64,000 nucleotides of DNA from an uncultured Acidobacteriaceae bacterium (GTDB lineage Bacteria > Acidobacteriota > Terriglobia > Terriglobales > Acidobacteriaceae): the NCBI GenBank assembly GCA_963798005.1, contig CAWCRZ010000020.1:22176-86175 (forward strand), given 5' to 3'. The first letter of the stretch is position 1, and each line of letters opens with the position of its first letter. The notes below the pieces were generated by a model. It had not been told where the DNA came from. It saw only the letters and a program-made list of their open reading frames with translations, and searched no databases. Of the stretch, positions 32,512 to 43,410 are shown piece by piece. A program made the position numbers and the translations under genes.

Positions 32512-32670
32512 TCAAAATATTCCGCTTCGATAGACTACCCACCAGCTTACGGCCACGGAAACCAGGGTCTCCACCACGCCCCAGCCAAGCGGCAGGAAAT
32601 AGGCGCCCAGGCTGAGAAGGGTAAGCAGCACCCAGAAGCACTTCCTTTGCGTGCCGGAATCAGAATCCAT
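32512..32670 (-). CDS. possible small membrane protein (52 aa)
   Basis: MDSDSGTQRKCFWVLLTLLSLGAYFLPLGWGVVETLVSVAVSWWVVYRSGIF has two hydrophobic helices. Support is weak. Confidence 0.3.
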   Translation of the reverse strand: MDSDSGTQRKCFWVLLTLLSLGAYFLPLGWGVVETLVSVAVSWWVVYRSGIF

Positions 32671-32843
32671 GCTTCGGCTGCCTATCTTCGTTACAGTTTG
32701 GTTGCGACCGTCAGGGCCTGCAATGAAAAACAATGGCTGGCAGATACTTGGATGCGAGGCCCTCCCCATCGATGATGGTTACCTGCAACATTACTTGAGA
32801 CGCGCCTGGAACGTAAAGGCGAGCCCGCCGCGCAACCCGCTGA

Positions 32844-32872
32844 TAGACGCGGGTTTGACCGCTCCCTATAAT
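32844..32872 (+). promoter_or_regulatory. sigma-70-like promoter candidate for ileS
   Basis: TAGACG (32844-32849), 17-nt spacer, perfect TATAAT (32867-32872), about 60 nt upstream of the ileS GTG. Confidence 0.35.
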
Positions 32873-32934
32873 GAAGCGATAGAAACAGTGCATTCAGCGT
32901 TTCAATTCTGTGCCAAGTTGAGGAGACCTAGGGA

Positions 32935-35809
32935 GTGCCGCTGGACCTGAAATCGACGTTGAACCTGCCCAAGACCGACTTCCCCATGAAGGCGAACCTG
33001 CCGCAGAACGAGCCAAAAATGCTCGCTCGCTGGGAGAAGGAGCGCATCTACGACCGCATTCGGGAGGCACACAGAGGGCAGCCGCTCTACATCTTGCATG
33101 ACGGGCCGCCCTATGCCAATGGTCCGCTTCATCTGGGCACCGCGCTGAATAAGATCCTGAAGGATTTCGTTGTCAAGTGCCGCAGCATGGCCGGCTACGA
33201 CGCGCCCTACGTGCCCGGATGGGACTGCCACGGGTTGCCCATCGAGATCAAGGTGGACGACCTGCTGGGCCGCAAGAAGCTCGATCTGGACCCGCTCGCA
33301 GTGCGCGACGAATGCCGCAAGTACGCGCAAAAATATCTCGACTTGCAGCGCCAGCAGTTCAAGCGGATCGGCGTCTTTGGCCGCTGGGACACGCCCTACT
33401 CCACCATGGACCCGCTGTACGAGAGCGTGGTGATGGAGACTTTCTACTCCTTCTACGAGCAGGGCTTGGTCTACAAAGGCCTGAAGTCGGTGTACTGGTG
33501 CATCCACGACAAGACCGCTCTGGCGGAAGCGGAAGTGGAGTACCAGATGGATACCAGCCCCAGCGTCTGGGTGCGCTATCCGCTTACCAGCGATCCCGCC
33601 AAGATCGATGCAGCTCTGGCGGGCAAGAAGAACGTTGCGACAATTATCTGGACGACTACGCCGTGGACGCTGCCGGCCTCGATGGCCGTCACCTTCGCGC
33701 CCGATGCGCCGTACGTTGCGCTCGATACCGGCGAATGGACCTACATCTTCGCCAAAGAGTTGGCACAGCAGACCATTGAAAAGTGCAAGCTCGTTCCCAC
33801 CCTTTCGCCAAAGACGGGCGAAAAGGGTGGGGCACCCCTGATCATCGCGGAATTCCCCGGCGCCAAGCTGGAGTATGCGACGTTCGCGCATCCCTTCCTG
33901 GAGCGCAGCGTCCTTGGCGTGCTCGGCGATTACGTAACCATGGACACGGGCACGGGTGCAGTGCACACCGCTCCGGCGCACGGCGCGGACGACTTTGCCA
34001 CCGGGGTGAAGTACGGCATCAACCTGACTTGCGATGTGGACGATGCCGGCATCCTTCGTCATGGCTTGCCCGAGTACGACGGCGAGCAGGTGTTCAAAGC
34101 GAATCCTAAGATCGTCGAACTGCTGAAGTGCCGCGGCGTGCTGCTGGGATTCGAGAAGATCGAGCACTCCTATCCGCATTGCTGGCGCTGTCACAACCCC
34201 ATCATCTTTCGCGCCACCGAGCAGTGGTTCATCTCGATGGAAGGCGAGATTCCCGGCGGAACGCTGCGCAGCCGCACGCTGGAAGAAATCAAAAAGGTGA
34301 CTTGGGACCCGGCGTGGGGCGAAGAGCGCATCTCGAACATGATCGCCGCACGTCCCGACTGGTGCATCTCTCGCCAGCGCCTCTGGGGCGTGCCCATCGC
34401 CATGTTCCAGTGCGAAAGCTGCAACGAGTTCCTTAACGACAAGGCCGCACATCGCGCAGTCGTCGAGCTGTTCGCACGCGAAGGCGCGGATGCCTGGTAC
34501 AGACATTCCGCCGAAGAGATTCTGCCCCCGGGGACTAAGTGTCCCAAGTGCGGTGGCACGAAGTTCCGCAAAGAGATGGACATCATCGACGTGTGGTTCG
34601 AGTCGGGATCGAGCCAGGCTGCGGTGCTGGGCCACGACCCCGGACTTCCCTGGCCTGCCGATCTCTACCTCGAGGGCGGCGACCAGCATCGCGGCTGGTT
34701 CCACTCTTCCCTGCTCTGCGCGGTCGGGGTGAAGGGCGCTGCCCCCTACCGTAGTGTGCGCGACCGTCGGCTGGACGCTCGACCCGCAAGGGCGCGCCAT
34801 GCACAAGTCGCTGGGCAACACGGTTGACCCCATCGAAATCGCCGACAAGCTCGGCGCCGAAATCGTCCGCTTGTGGGTCGCATCGGTGGATTTCCGCGAA
34901 GACGTCATGGCCTCGGACGAACTGATGCAGCGCATCGCCGAGAGCTATCGCAAGCTGCGCAATACCTTCCGTTACATCCTGGGCAATCTGGAGGACTTCG
35001 ATCCCCGGCGCGATGCGGTGGATTTCGCCGGCATGCACGACCTCGATCAATACATTCTGCTGCGCGCGGCCGAGGTCACCAGAGACGTGCGCGAGCACTA
35101 CGACAAGTTCGTCTTTCACAAGCTGTATCAGCGGCTGAAAGACTTCTGCATCGTGGACCTGAGCTCCATCTACTTCGACGTGCTCAAGGACCGGCTCTAC
35201 ACTTCGGCGCCGAAGTCGCAGGCGCGGCGCTCGGCCCAGACTGCCTTGTGGCGGCTGGGTGAAGCCCTGGTGCGACTGCTGGCCCCGGTCACGAGCTTCA
35301 CCTCGGATGAGGTTTGGGGATTTCTGCCGGCGATGGAAGGCCGGCCGGTGAGCGTGCACGTAGCGGAATTTCCTGAGCCGGGTGATCTGACCGGCGCTGT
35401 GCCGCCGGGTTTTGACGTGGCTGGCCTCGAGGCCGATTGGGATGTGCTGCTGGGCGTACGCAATGAAGCGCTAAAGGCACTGGAAGAGGCGCGCATCGCG
35501 AAGCGCATTGGCGGGAGCCTGGAGGCTCAACTTCATCTCGGGGCCCCGGAGAAGGTTTATCCCGTGCTGGAGCGCCACCGCGACCAGTTGCGCTACTTGT
35601 TTATCGTCTCCGATGTAGTGCTGGAAAAACTTCAGAGCAGCAACGGAGGCGCCGGGCTGGTAGTCACGGTTAACCGAGCTCCCGGCGAGAAGTGTGAGCG
35701 TTGCTGGAACTATTCGACTCGGGTCGGGGAAGATAAGGCGTATCCCACAGTGTGCGAGCGCTGTAGCGCGGTGCTTTCCGTGATTGAGGCCACGGCGGAC
35801 GCGCGCTAG
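32935..35809 (+). CDS. ileS: isoleucine--tRNA ligase, one frame break near 34768
   Basis: PPYANGPLHLGTALNKILKD (HIGH), WCISRQRLWGVPI, GGDQHRGWFHSSLL, then GWTLDPQGRAMHKSLGN (KMSKS) continues in 34754..35809. The C-terminal zinc-finger CERCWNY...CERC is present. Confidence 0.92.
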
Positions 35810-35896
35810 GCGCAAGGAGCTTTCCGCTGCTTCTTTCCGGGCAGTGGCAGCGTCTAACAACCAGACGTGAGCGGCAGTACACTAACCAGACGAGCC

Positions 35897-36391
35897 ATGC
35901 GCAAGTACTTCTTCCTGATCGCCGTCATCGTATTGCTGGTGGATCGCCTTGCAAAATGGGCGGTGGCCAGCAATATTCCCCTGCATGACAGCATCACCGT
36001 CATCCCGGGTTTTTTTCATCTGACCCATGTGCAGAACACCGGCGCTGCCTTTGGCCTGTTCGCCGAATCTTCGGCACAGTGGAAAGTCGGGGCGCTGGTG
36101 AGCTTCTCCGTCATCGCCCTCATCATCGTCTCGGCGCTGCTCTGGAAGATCGGCCACGCCCTCAGCACCACTACCATCGGCCTGTCGCTGATTCTCGGCG
36201 GTGCGACCGGCAATCTGTGGGACCGCATGATGACCGGGCGCGTGGTGGACTTCCTGGACTTCTACGTCGGCACCTACCACTGGCCGGCCTTCAACGTGGC
36301 CGACAGCGCGATCGTAGTCGGGGCCATCTTGCTGGTGTCCGAGATTGTCTTTGCCAAGTCCGGCAATGAGGCCGTGAACAGCAGTTCGTAG
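35897..36391 (+). CDS. lspA: signal peptidase II (lipoprotein signal peptidase)
   Basis: MRKYFFLIAVIVLLVDRLAKW...NTGAAFGLF...FNVADSAIVVGAILL. The alternative GTG start at 35867 cannot be excluded. Confidence 0.85.
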   Translation: MRKYFFLIAVIVLLVDRLAKWAVASNIPLHDSITVIPGFFHLTHVQNTGAAFGLFAESSAQWKVGALVSFSVIALIIVSALLWKIGHALSTTTIGLSLILGGATGNLWDRMMTGRVVDFLDFYVGTYHWPAFNVADSAIVVGAILLVSEIVFAKSGNEAVNSSS

Positions 36392-36395
36392 AGTT

Positions 36396-38729
36396 TTACG
36401 GCGTCCCATACACCCGCTTGTACACCGCCGCATTGCGCACGATGGCCTGCACGTATTCGCGGGTTTCGGTAAACGGGATGGACTCGACGAATTCGTCGAT
36501 GTCTCGGTAGGTGCCCGACGAGCGCCAGTCCTCTACCCGCTCCTCACCCGCGTTATACGCCGCCAGCGCGTACTCGATCTGGCCGCCAAAGTGGTCCACC
36601 ATCTGGCGGAAGTAATGCGTCCCCAGCTCGATGTTGGTCGTGGGATCAAGCAGCGAATCGGTGCTGAAGTGCTGCAATCCTGCTTTTTTGGCCTCGCCCT
36701 TCCCTGTTCGCGGCAACAGTTGCATCAGCCCATACGCGTTGGCGTGCGAGATGGCCCCGGGGTTGAACTCCGACTCCTGCCGGATGAGCGACGCCACCAG
36801 GTAAGGATCGAGCCCGTTCTCGTCCGAGTAGTGTTGCAGGGCGTCCCAGTACGGGCGCGGGAATAAGCCATGCCAATACTCCGCCGGCAGCGCGCTGATG
36901 TCGAACGCGAAGTACCCGGAGATAGCGCGCTTCAAAGCTTGCAGAGCCCGATAGTATTCGCCGCCGCTGGAATAGATGCGCGCGATCTCCAGCATCTCCC
37001 ATGACGGCCCTTCGGAGCTGCCGGCTTGCAGCTCGCGCACCGCCAGGTCGGTGGCGCCGGCATTCTGCAGAAGCCGCGCGCGCATGTAGTGCAGATCGTC
37101 CTCGGGAGGATCGGTGACCTGCGCCGTAGGATCGTACGTGCGCGCCGATCCAATGTGCTGTAGCGAGGCCACGGTCACCGCCGGAGCTGACGGCATTGTC
37201 GCCAGCCGCTTGCGCGCCAGCACGCCATAGTAGTAGTTGCGATAGCGGTCGGCGAGCTTTTCGTAGTAGGACCGCGCCAGGCCGTAGTCCTTGTCCTCTT
37301 CGGCCATGCGGCCGCGCCAGTACATGGCATTGGGAACTTCGTTGGTGCCGGGATAAAACTCAATCTGCTCGTCAAAATACTTCTTGGCCTGCTCCGGACG
37401 GTTCTGCCTGTAGGTCAGCCAGGCGCATTTCCAGTGGGTGTAAGACGCCTTGGTCCCGTTGGGGAAGCGCTCGTGGATCTCGCGGTAGTAATCGATGGCG
37501 CGATCGTAATCCTTGCGCAGGAAGTACATGTTCCCCGCGGTGAGCAGCGCCGCCTCCAGCCACGGCGACTTTGGCGTGGTCGCTCGCATGTGCTCCAGAA
37601 TGGTATTGAGACCGGCGTCGTCGTTGGCGTTGCGGGCAATCTCGGCCCGCTGATACCACTTCTCCGCGCTGGCATCGCTGCCGTCGTCGGGAATGCGATC
37701 GAGTGCCGCCCGCGCATCGCGAGTGTCGCCATCCTTCATATAGGAGTTGGCCAACTGAATAAGCGCAGCCGAGTTCGTCGGCTGGAGATCGACCATTACC
37801 TTGTACTCTTCGGCCGCCGGGCCCCAACGCCGCGCTTTATAAAGGGCATCGGCTCTGTGCTCGTGGTCGTTGTAGGTTGCAGGAGAAAGGAAGGCAGCCT
37901 CCGGAATCTTCTTCAGATCGGCAGCGGCGTTGTCCGCGGTGTAATTCGTCGCATAGTTGTAGTACACGCGCCGCAGGATCTCGGCGCCAGTCCGGCCCTG
38001 CGCGTTCTGGACGTAAGCCTTCCCGAGGAAATACTCGGTCTCGGCGTTGGCCGGCGAGCGGTGTTCCTCCAGCAGACGGATTACCTCGGTCGGCCGGTTG
38101 GTCGCCAGCAGCGCCCTGGCATAAGCGATGGTTGCGTCGTGCGCATAGAGCGAATCAGGAAACCGGGTGCCAAAGTCGCGCAGATAAGTGAACGCCGACT
38201 CCGGGCTGTTGCTCTGGACGTAGGAGTTGCCGATGAAGAACGAGGTGTAGTCCTTCAGTTCGCCGATATAGGGCTGCGCCTTCTGCATGGCTGCGATGGC
38301 AGCTGGGTATTGGGTATCGAGATAGTGGGCATAGCCGATGGCGAACCAGGCCAGCGCTCCGGCCTCCGTGTTGGCGTGGGCGCGAGCGTAGTTTTCCACT
38401 CCGGTATAAGCGGCAGGGGTGCGGTATTCCACTAATTGCCGAGCCATGGGCCGCAGATCGCTCGAGGCCACAAAGGTGCGCTTCATCTGGTGAGCACGCG
38501 TAGCCGTGACTTTCTTGCGGGGCTTATGGCCGGAAGCAGCGGTGGTCGTGGATTTCTTGTGCGCCGCCGAGCCGGACTTGGACGCACCGCTGGATTTCTT
38601 GCCGGTTGCCGTCGCGGAGGAAGACTTCTTCTTGGGCGTGGACGTGCTGTCTTGCGCGAACAAGCCGCTGCCCTGCAAGAGCAGTAGCAAGGCCAGTGAA
38701 AGCGCGACGAAACGGCTCTGAGTACTCAC
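36396..38729 (-). CDS. secreted soluble lytic transglycosylase (Slt70-like, TPR/superhelical N-domain plus SLT domain)
   Basis: Signal peptide, Ser/Lys-rich linker, long helical repeat region, and the C-terminal catalytic LIRQESEFNPGAISHANAYGLMQLLP...YALAAYNAGE. Confidence 0.85.
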   Translation of the reverse strand: MSTQSRFVALSLALLLLLQGSGLFAQDSTSTPKKKSSSATATGKKSSGASKSGSAAHKKSTTTAASGHKPRKKVTATRAHQMKRTFVASSDLRPMARQLVEYRTPAAYTGVENYARAHANTEAGALAWFAIGYAHYLDTQYPAAIAAMQKAQPYIGELKDYTSFFIGNSYVQSNSPESAFTYLRDFGTRFPDSLYAHDATIAYARALLATNRPTEVIRLLEEHRSPANAETEYFLGKAYVQNAQGRTGAEILRRVYYNYATNYTADNAAADLKKIPEAAFLSPATYNDHEHRADALYKARRWGPAAEEYKVMVDLQPTNSAALIQLANSYMKDGDTRDARAALDRIPDDGSDASAEKWYQRAEIARNANDDAGLNTILEHMRATTPKSPWLEAALLTAGNMYFLRKDYDRAIDYYREIHERFPNGTKASYTHWKCAWLTYRQNRPEQAKKYFDEQIEFYPGTNEVPNAMYWRGRMAEEDKDYGLARSYYEKLADRYRNYYYGVLARKRLATMPSAPAVTVASLQHIGSARTYDPTAQVTDPPEDDLHYMRARLLQNAGATDLAVRELQAGSSEGPSWEMLEIARIYSSGGEYYRALQALKRAISGYFAFDISALPAEYWHGLFPRPYWDALQHYSDENGLDPYLVASLIRQESEFNPGAISHANAYGLMQLLPRTGKGEAKKAGLQHFSTDSLLDPTTNIELGTHYFRQMVDHFGGQIEYALAAYNAGEERVEDWRSSGTYRDIDEFVESIPFTETREYVQAIVRNAAVYKRVYGTP

Positions 38730-38990
38730 CCTAGTTCAGTGTAGCGCGATTCTTTGCGCCCGCGTTTTCCAATTGGTTACAGAATGGATTCCTGCGTGTA
38801 ACATCCGCGGGAGCTGCGCACCCGTACAATAGACGTAGGTTCCAATAGGACCGTTAAAATAAGGCCGTCACAAAAAAGGCGCTGGAGATTCGAAATTTTC
38901 GCTTCCCCGGCTTTCCCGAATCGCTCGGCATACAGGTACAATGTCCGTCGGGGCATTTTCCCGGGCGTAAAATCCTGAATCTACGCAAAC

Positions 38991-39617
38991 ATGGGAACCA
39001 TCCAACCAAAGGTAGTAGAGCCCAGCGACGAAACTGTCCTGGTACATGCGGCCAAGGCCGGCGACATCAGCGCTTTTGAAGAGCTGGTGAAGCGGTACGA
39101 CCGCAATGTTTTCCGGATCGCGCAGCACATCACGCAAAACCGTGAAGATGCGGAAGACGTGGTGCAGGACGCGTTCTTGAAGGCATATCAGAACCTGGCG
39201 AACTTCCAGGAACAGTCCAAGTTTTACACGTGGCTGGTGCGGATTGCGGTGAATGAAGCGCTCATGCGCTTGCGCCGCCGGCGTCCGGAGCGGATGGTCT
39301 CGCTCGACGAGGACATCAAGACCGAAGAAGATTCCATGCCGCGCGAAGTCGCGGACTGGGCGCCGAATCCGGAACAGCTCTATACCCAGGGCGAGCTGAA
39401 AGAGATCCTGGGCAAGACGATACAAGGGTTGCCGCCGAGCTTTCGGACGGTGTTTGTGTTGCGCGACGTTGAGGGCCTTTCCACCGAAGAGACGGCGGAC
39501 GCCTTGGATTTGAGTATTCCTGCGGTCAAGTCCCGCTTGTTGCGGGCCCGGCTGCAGTTGCGCGAGCGCTTGAGCAAGTACTTCAAGAATCGTACTGCTG
39601 GAGATGGCAAAAAGTGA
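38991..39617 (+). CDS. ECF (sigma-70 family group IV) RNA polymerase sigma factor
   Basis: Region 2 FEELVKRYDRNVFRIAQHITQNREDAEDVVQDAFLKAYQNLANF and region 4 VFVLRDVEGLSTEETADALDLSIPAVKSRLLRAR. Confidence 0.9.
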   Translation: MGTIQPKVVEPSDETVLVHAAKAGDISAFEELVKRYDRNVFRIAQHITQNREDAEDVVQDAFLKAYQNLANFQEQSKFYTWLVRIAVNEALMRLRRRRPERMVSLDEDIKTEEDSMPREVADWAPNPEQLYTQGELKEILGKTIQGLPPSFRTVFVLRDVEGLSTEETADALDLSIPAVKSRLLRARLQLRERLSKYFKNRTAGDGKK

Positions 39618-39886
39618 CGTGCTCTGATTTCCTGAAAGAGCTGACAGACTACCTGGACGGCGCTATGGATGCGCAAACCCATGCAGAATTGGAAGACCAT
39701 CTCCAGTGGTGTCACAACTGCTACGTCGTCTGCAATACCACCAAGATGACCATCGAGATTTACCGCGACTCCCAGCTCTACGAACTGCCCGAAGATCTGC
39801 GCGGCCGTTTGCGTTCGGCAATCATGTCGAAGTGCAAGGGCTGTGGAGATTCGCCCGCCTCCGGCGACATACCACCCACGAAGTAG
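39614..39886 (+). CDS. zinc-binding anti-sigma factor (zf-HC2/ZAS type), cytoplasmic, no TM segment
   Basis: Overlaps the sigma gene stop by 4 nt. C-x25-H-xxx-C-xx-C pattern: CSDFLKELTDYLDG...EDHLQWCHNC. Confidence 0.75.
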   Translation: MTCSDFLKELTDYLDGAMDAQTHAELEDHLQWCHNCYVVCNTTKMTIEIYRDSQLYELPEDLRGRLRSAIMSKCKGCGDSPASGDIPPTK

Positions 39887-40096
39887 CCTGCTTCACATTT
39901 CGAACTGTGATGCTTGGCGCGACACGCTGAGTACCAAATCGGGAACGCCTTCCTCGGAATCGCAAACCTTTTCTCCTCCTGCTGAATCTAAAGTAATGGA
40001 GCCCGGTTGCCGTCGTAGGAAGTGATGGCTGGCGGAACTCCTACTGCGCCGCTTCCAGCACTTCGCTTTCTTGAGCTTGGCTTCAGGAGGACGATC

Positions 40097-40324
40097 ATGA
40101 GTCTTTACGATATGGTATTCGGCTGCTCGCACAAACGCCTCACATTTCCGATTAGCGTGCGCGGCAAACTGCGTCGCACCGCGGCCGCCTCGGTCACGGG
40201 GACGTATGTGGTTTGTCTGGAGTGTGGTAAGGAATTTCCCTACGACTGGCGCGCGATGAAGATGGTACAAACTGCTCCTCGAACCTCTAAGGCTACCCAA
40301 CCGGTTCCGGTGCGGGCGGCGTAG
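40097..40324 (+). CDS. small Cys/His protein, possible zinc ribbon (75 aa)
   Basis: An AGGAGG RBS lies 6 nt upstream of the ATG. MSLYDMVFGCSHKRLTFP...YVVCLECGKEFPYDW gives CxH...CxxC. Confidence 0.55.
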   Translation: MSLYDMVFGCSHKRLTFPISVRGKLRRTAAASVTGTYVVCLECGKEFPYDWRAMKMVQTAPRTSKATQPVPVRAA

Positions 40325-40471
40325 AGCACCGCAATCTTTTCTGTTGACTCGAAGGCACAGACTGGCTCGCGCCTTTCCGAGTCAATGGGCAATTACTGCC
40401 ACAATCTGACGCTGGTTATGCCGGTGAGGCAATAATAAGGGTCACCCGAATCTGCCAATCCCGTTCCCGGA

Positions 40472-41407
40472 TCACATACGGTCTGCGTCTCCCGTCCAGC
40501 CGTAAGGATCGACCGGAACACAATCGTAAGCCGAGCCGACAACTCCGTCGATGCACACATCGGCGGTCCGTGCCCCGAAACGGCTCAGGACCTGCCCCCC
40601 AGGTACGACCCTGTGCACTTCAAAGTGAAGATGCGGCAGGTAGTGGTAGATCGGAGGAGCCGCTCTCCCCGAAAGCCCGATGAGGCATCCCGCCTGAACG
40701 TGCGTGCCTTCATCCAGCGGCAGGTACACGGTCGCTGCGCATCCGGGCAGAGGATCGGGATCGTTGACTGGAATCTTGTCCTGTCCGACGTAGGTATCGA
40801 GGTGCAGGTAATACAGGACGTACGGCGGAGGCAGTGCGGGCGCGTGGTCGGGAACGATTTCCAGCGTATGATAGGCCGCCGCCGGATATCCCAATCCGAC
40901 CATTCGGCTGGGATAGTGGATGGTTCCGTTCACCGCCGCGTAAACCTGAGTGTCCATGGCGGCTACGTAATCAATTCCGGGATGGCCATCATAGAAAAGG
41001 TAGCCGGGCAGGCCCCATCCCGAATAACTCATGGCAGGAGCAAGCGAGATCGGCGGCGGATTCTGCACATTCTGCACCTTGTACCCCGCGTTGCAGCCGA
41101 CTCCCAGAATTGGATACCCGGGACCGTAAACGCCTCTCGTCCCATTGACGGCGACTACCGTCTTATCGCAGCCGTAAATGACGTAGTGCGTGGTCGCATC
41201 GAGCATCGAGTGATCGAAGACCGAGTTCACCGGGGCCGATGCCGGAGTCAGATGCTGGTCCTGATTGGGGACCGTGGCCTTCAGCGGAAACGTGAGCTGA
41301 ATCGGCGCCAGACTCTGCGCCTCCTGGGCAAAAGCCCGGCTCGCCGGATAAACCAAGCCGCTCAGCAGGACCGCCGCGAGTATCGCTGACCGCCGAACCT
41401 GTCTCAT
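40472..41407 (-). CDS. secreted M23 (LytM-type) peptidase family protein
   Basis: Signal peptide MRQVRRSAILAAVLLSGLVYPASRAFAQ; YDGHPGIDY (HxxxD) and PHLHFEVH (HxH) metal-ligand motifs. Confidence 0.75.
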   Translation of the reverse strand: MRQVRRSAILAAVLLSGLVYPASRAFAQEAQSLAPIQLTFPLKATVPNQDQHLTPASAPVNSVFDHSMLDATTHYVIYGCDKTVVAVNGTRGVYGPGYPILGVGCNAGYKVQNVQNPPPISLAPAMSYSGWGLPGYLFYDGHPGIDYVAAMDTQVYAAVNGTIHYPSRMVGLGYPAAAYHTLEIVPDHAPALPPPYVLYYLHLDTYVGQDKIPVNDPDPLPGCAATVYLPLDEGTHVQAGCLIGLSGRAAPPIYHYLPHLHFEVHRVVPGGQVLSRFGARTADVCIDGVVGSAYDCVPVDPYGWTGDADRM

Positions 41408-41696
41408 TCCGGCCTCCCTTTCGGCACGCAATTCCCCCACTCCTAATACACCAACCGCGCCTCATGCTTACGTGCGGCTGAATCGGCACGGGGCAGATGA
41501 CTCCAACCGGCTGCACGCACCTGTTCGTCACGGGAGTTCGCAGCTCGTAACAACCTTCGAATATCTTCGGCGATGGATGCAGCGCTTCACGATTGCATCC
41601 ATCGCCGTTTTGCGTTTTCTGGTCACGCTGAGTCGCTAATTTCTATGACCATCGCCCCGAAGTCGTGCTACCCTGCTCGGCTGGGAGTGCGCTGCC

Positions 41697-43377
41697 ATGC
41701 GTCGAATCCTGTTATTCCTGGCCATGACCTCATGGCTCTCAACCATGGGATACGCTGACGACCCGAAGCCGCCTCCTCCCAATCCCGAACTGGCGGCCGC
41801 CGACCAGCTTTACCGGTCGGGCAAGTTCGCGGAGGCGGTAGAAAAGTATCAGGCAATCTTGAAAGCGGACCCAACGCTTGTGCCTGCACAGAGCGGGCTC
41901 ATTCACGGGTTGCAGCATCAACAGAAGATCGACGAAGCCGCGCTCGAGGCCACCACGGCCCTGGCCGCACAGCCCAATTCGCCTGAGCTTCTGGCATCCA
42001 TGGGTGACGTGCAATTCCGGCTTGCCGAGATGGCTAAAGCTGAGACTTCCTACTTGAAAGCCGTGAAGCTCGATCCCAAAGAGCTCCGCGCCTATCTCGG
42101 TCTGGCCCGTCTCTATAACGCCTATTCCCTGCACCGCCATGCCTACGATGAGATCGAGGCCGCCTACGCCATTGCACCCAACGATCCCGACGTCCAGCGC
42201 CTGTGGTTCGACAGGATGGGCCGCCGCGCCCGCGTGGCGGCTATCGAAGCCTATCTCGCGGGTGCTCATCCGGACGACCCGGAAGAAACCGAATACCTTC
42301 AGCACTATCTTGCGTTCCTCAAGGCCACGATTGACCAGCCCATACACGCCTGCAAGCTGGTCAGCACCATCGAGCATACCGACACCCGCCTGGAGCGCGT
42401 ATTACGCGACCCGCGACATATCGCCGGCTACGGCCTCACTGTCAAGCTAAACGATCGCAACAGTCGTCTGCTGCTTGATACCGGTGCCAGCGGAATCCTG
42501 ATCAGCCGTAAGTCCGCGGAGAAGGCCGGCCTTCGGCACATCTCTGACATCCGTTACCAGGGACTCGGCGACAAGGGGATGCAAGGTGGATATCTCGCAG
42601 TCGCCGATCACATCCGAGTCGGCGAGCTGGAGTTTTCAGATTGCGTCGTCCATGTCGCGGATCGCACATCGCTGGCAGATGAAGACGGTCTGATTGGCGC
42701 CGATGTTTTCGGCTCCTACCTGATCGACATCGATTTCCCCGCCGAGAAGCTAAGATTATCGCCTCTTCCCAAGCGCCCGGATGACAACGTCGCACCGACT
42801 GCCTTGCATAGCGAAGGCGAAGGCGAATCACGCGCTAACCCCGACGACAAGACAGAATCTCCCGGCGATCAGACGCCGGAGCCAGCCGCCAGCGCGAGCA
42901 AGCCCGCGAACCCGGTTCCTGCGCCCCACCTACCGACGAGACCGCTATGTCGCTCCCGAGATGAAGGAGTGGACCCCGGTTTTTCGCTTCGGCCACCAAC
43001 TCCTCATCACAACGGCCGTTAACGGCTCCAAGCCCATGCTGTTTCTAATCGACACCGGTTCGGCGGTCAACTTTCTCTCCACCCGGGCCGGACGCGAAGT
43101 TACCAAGATCAGCTCCGACCCAAATATGCATGTGAAGGGGCTCAGTGGAAGCGTGACCGATGTTTACCGTGCCGACAGCGCTACCCTCCAATTCGGCCGC
43201 TACGCTCAGAAAAACCAGGGTATCGTCTCCATCGATCTGTCGAACCTCAGCAAACACACCGGCACGGAAGTTTCCGGGATTCTCGGCTTTCAGCTGTTGC
43301 AGATGCTGCAGGTCAAGATTGATTATCGCGACGGATTGGTTGACTTCGCCTATGACGCCAAGCGCTGGCAGCATTGA
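41697..43377 (+). CDS. secreted TPR protein with two retropepsin-like aspartic protease domains, one frame break near 42940
   Basis: Signal peptide, TPR units (AAADQLYRSGKFAEAVEKYQAILKADP...), LLLDTGASGILIS in 41697..43022, and a second domain LFLIDTGSAVNFLS in 42781..43377. Confidence 0.75.
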
Positions 43378-43410
43378 ATTCATACGATCACGGCAGTCCT
43401 GGGAGAAACC

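Noticed and set aside
32902-34935. 677-aa ORF on the minus strand
   Set aside because: Antisense shadow of ileS, with no recognisable domains.
38797-38830. ECF-type or sigma-70 promoter upstream of the sigma factor gene (TGTAAC ... CGTA / TACAAT)
   Set aside because: The spacing between the candidate -35 and -10 elements is 20-22 nt, outside the usual 16-18 nt, so it is not reported as a feature.
40343-40385. Hairpin TTGACTCGAAGG...CCTTTCCGAGTCAA after the 40097..40324 gene as a terminator
   Set aside because: The stem is good but the loop is long and no U tract follows. The function is undetermined, so it is not listed as a feature.
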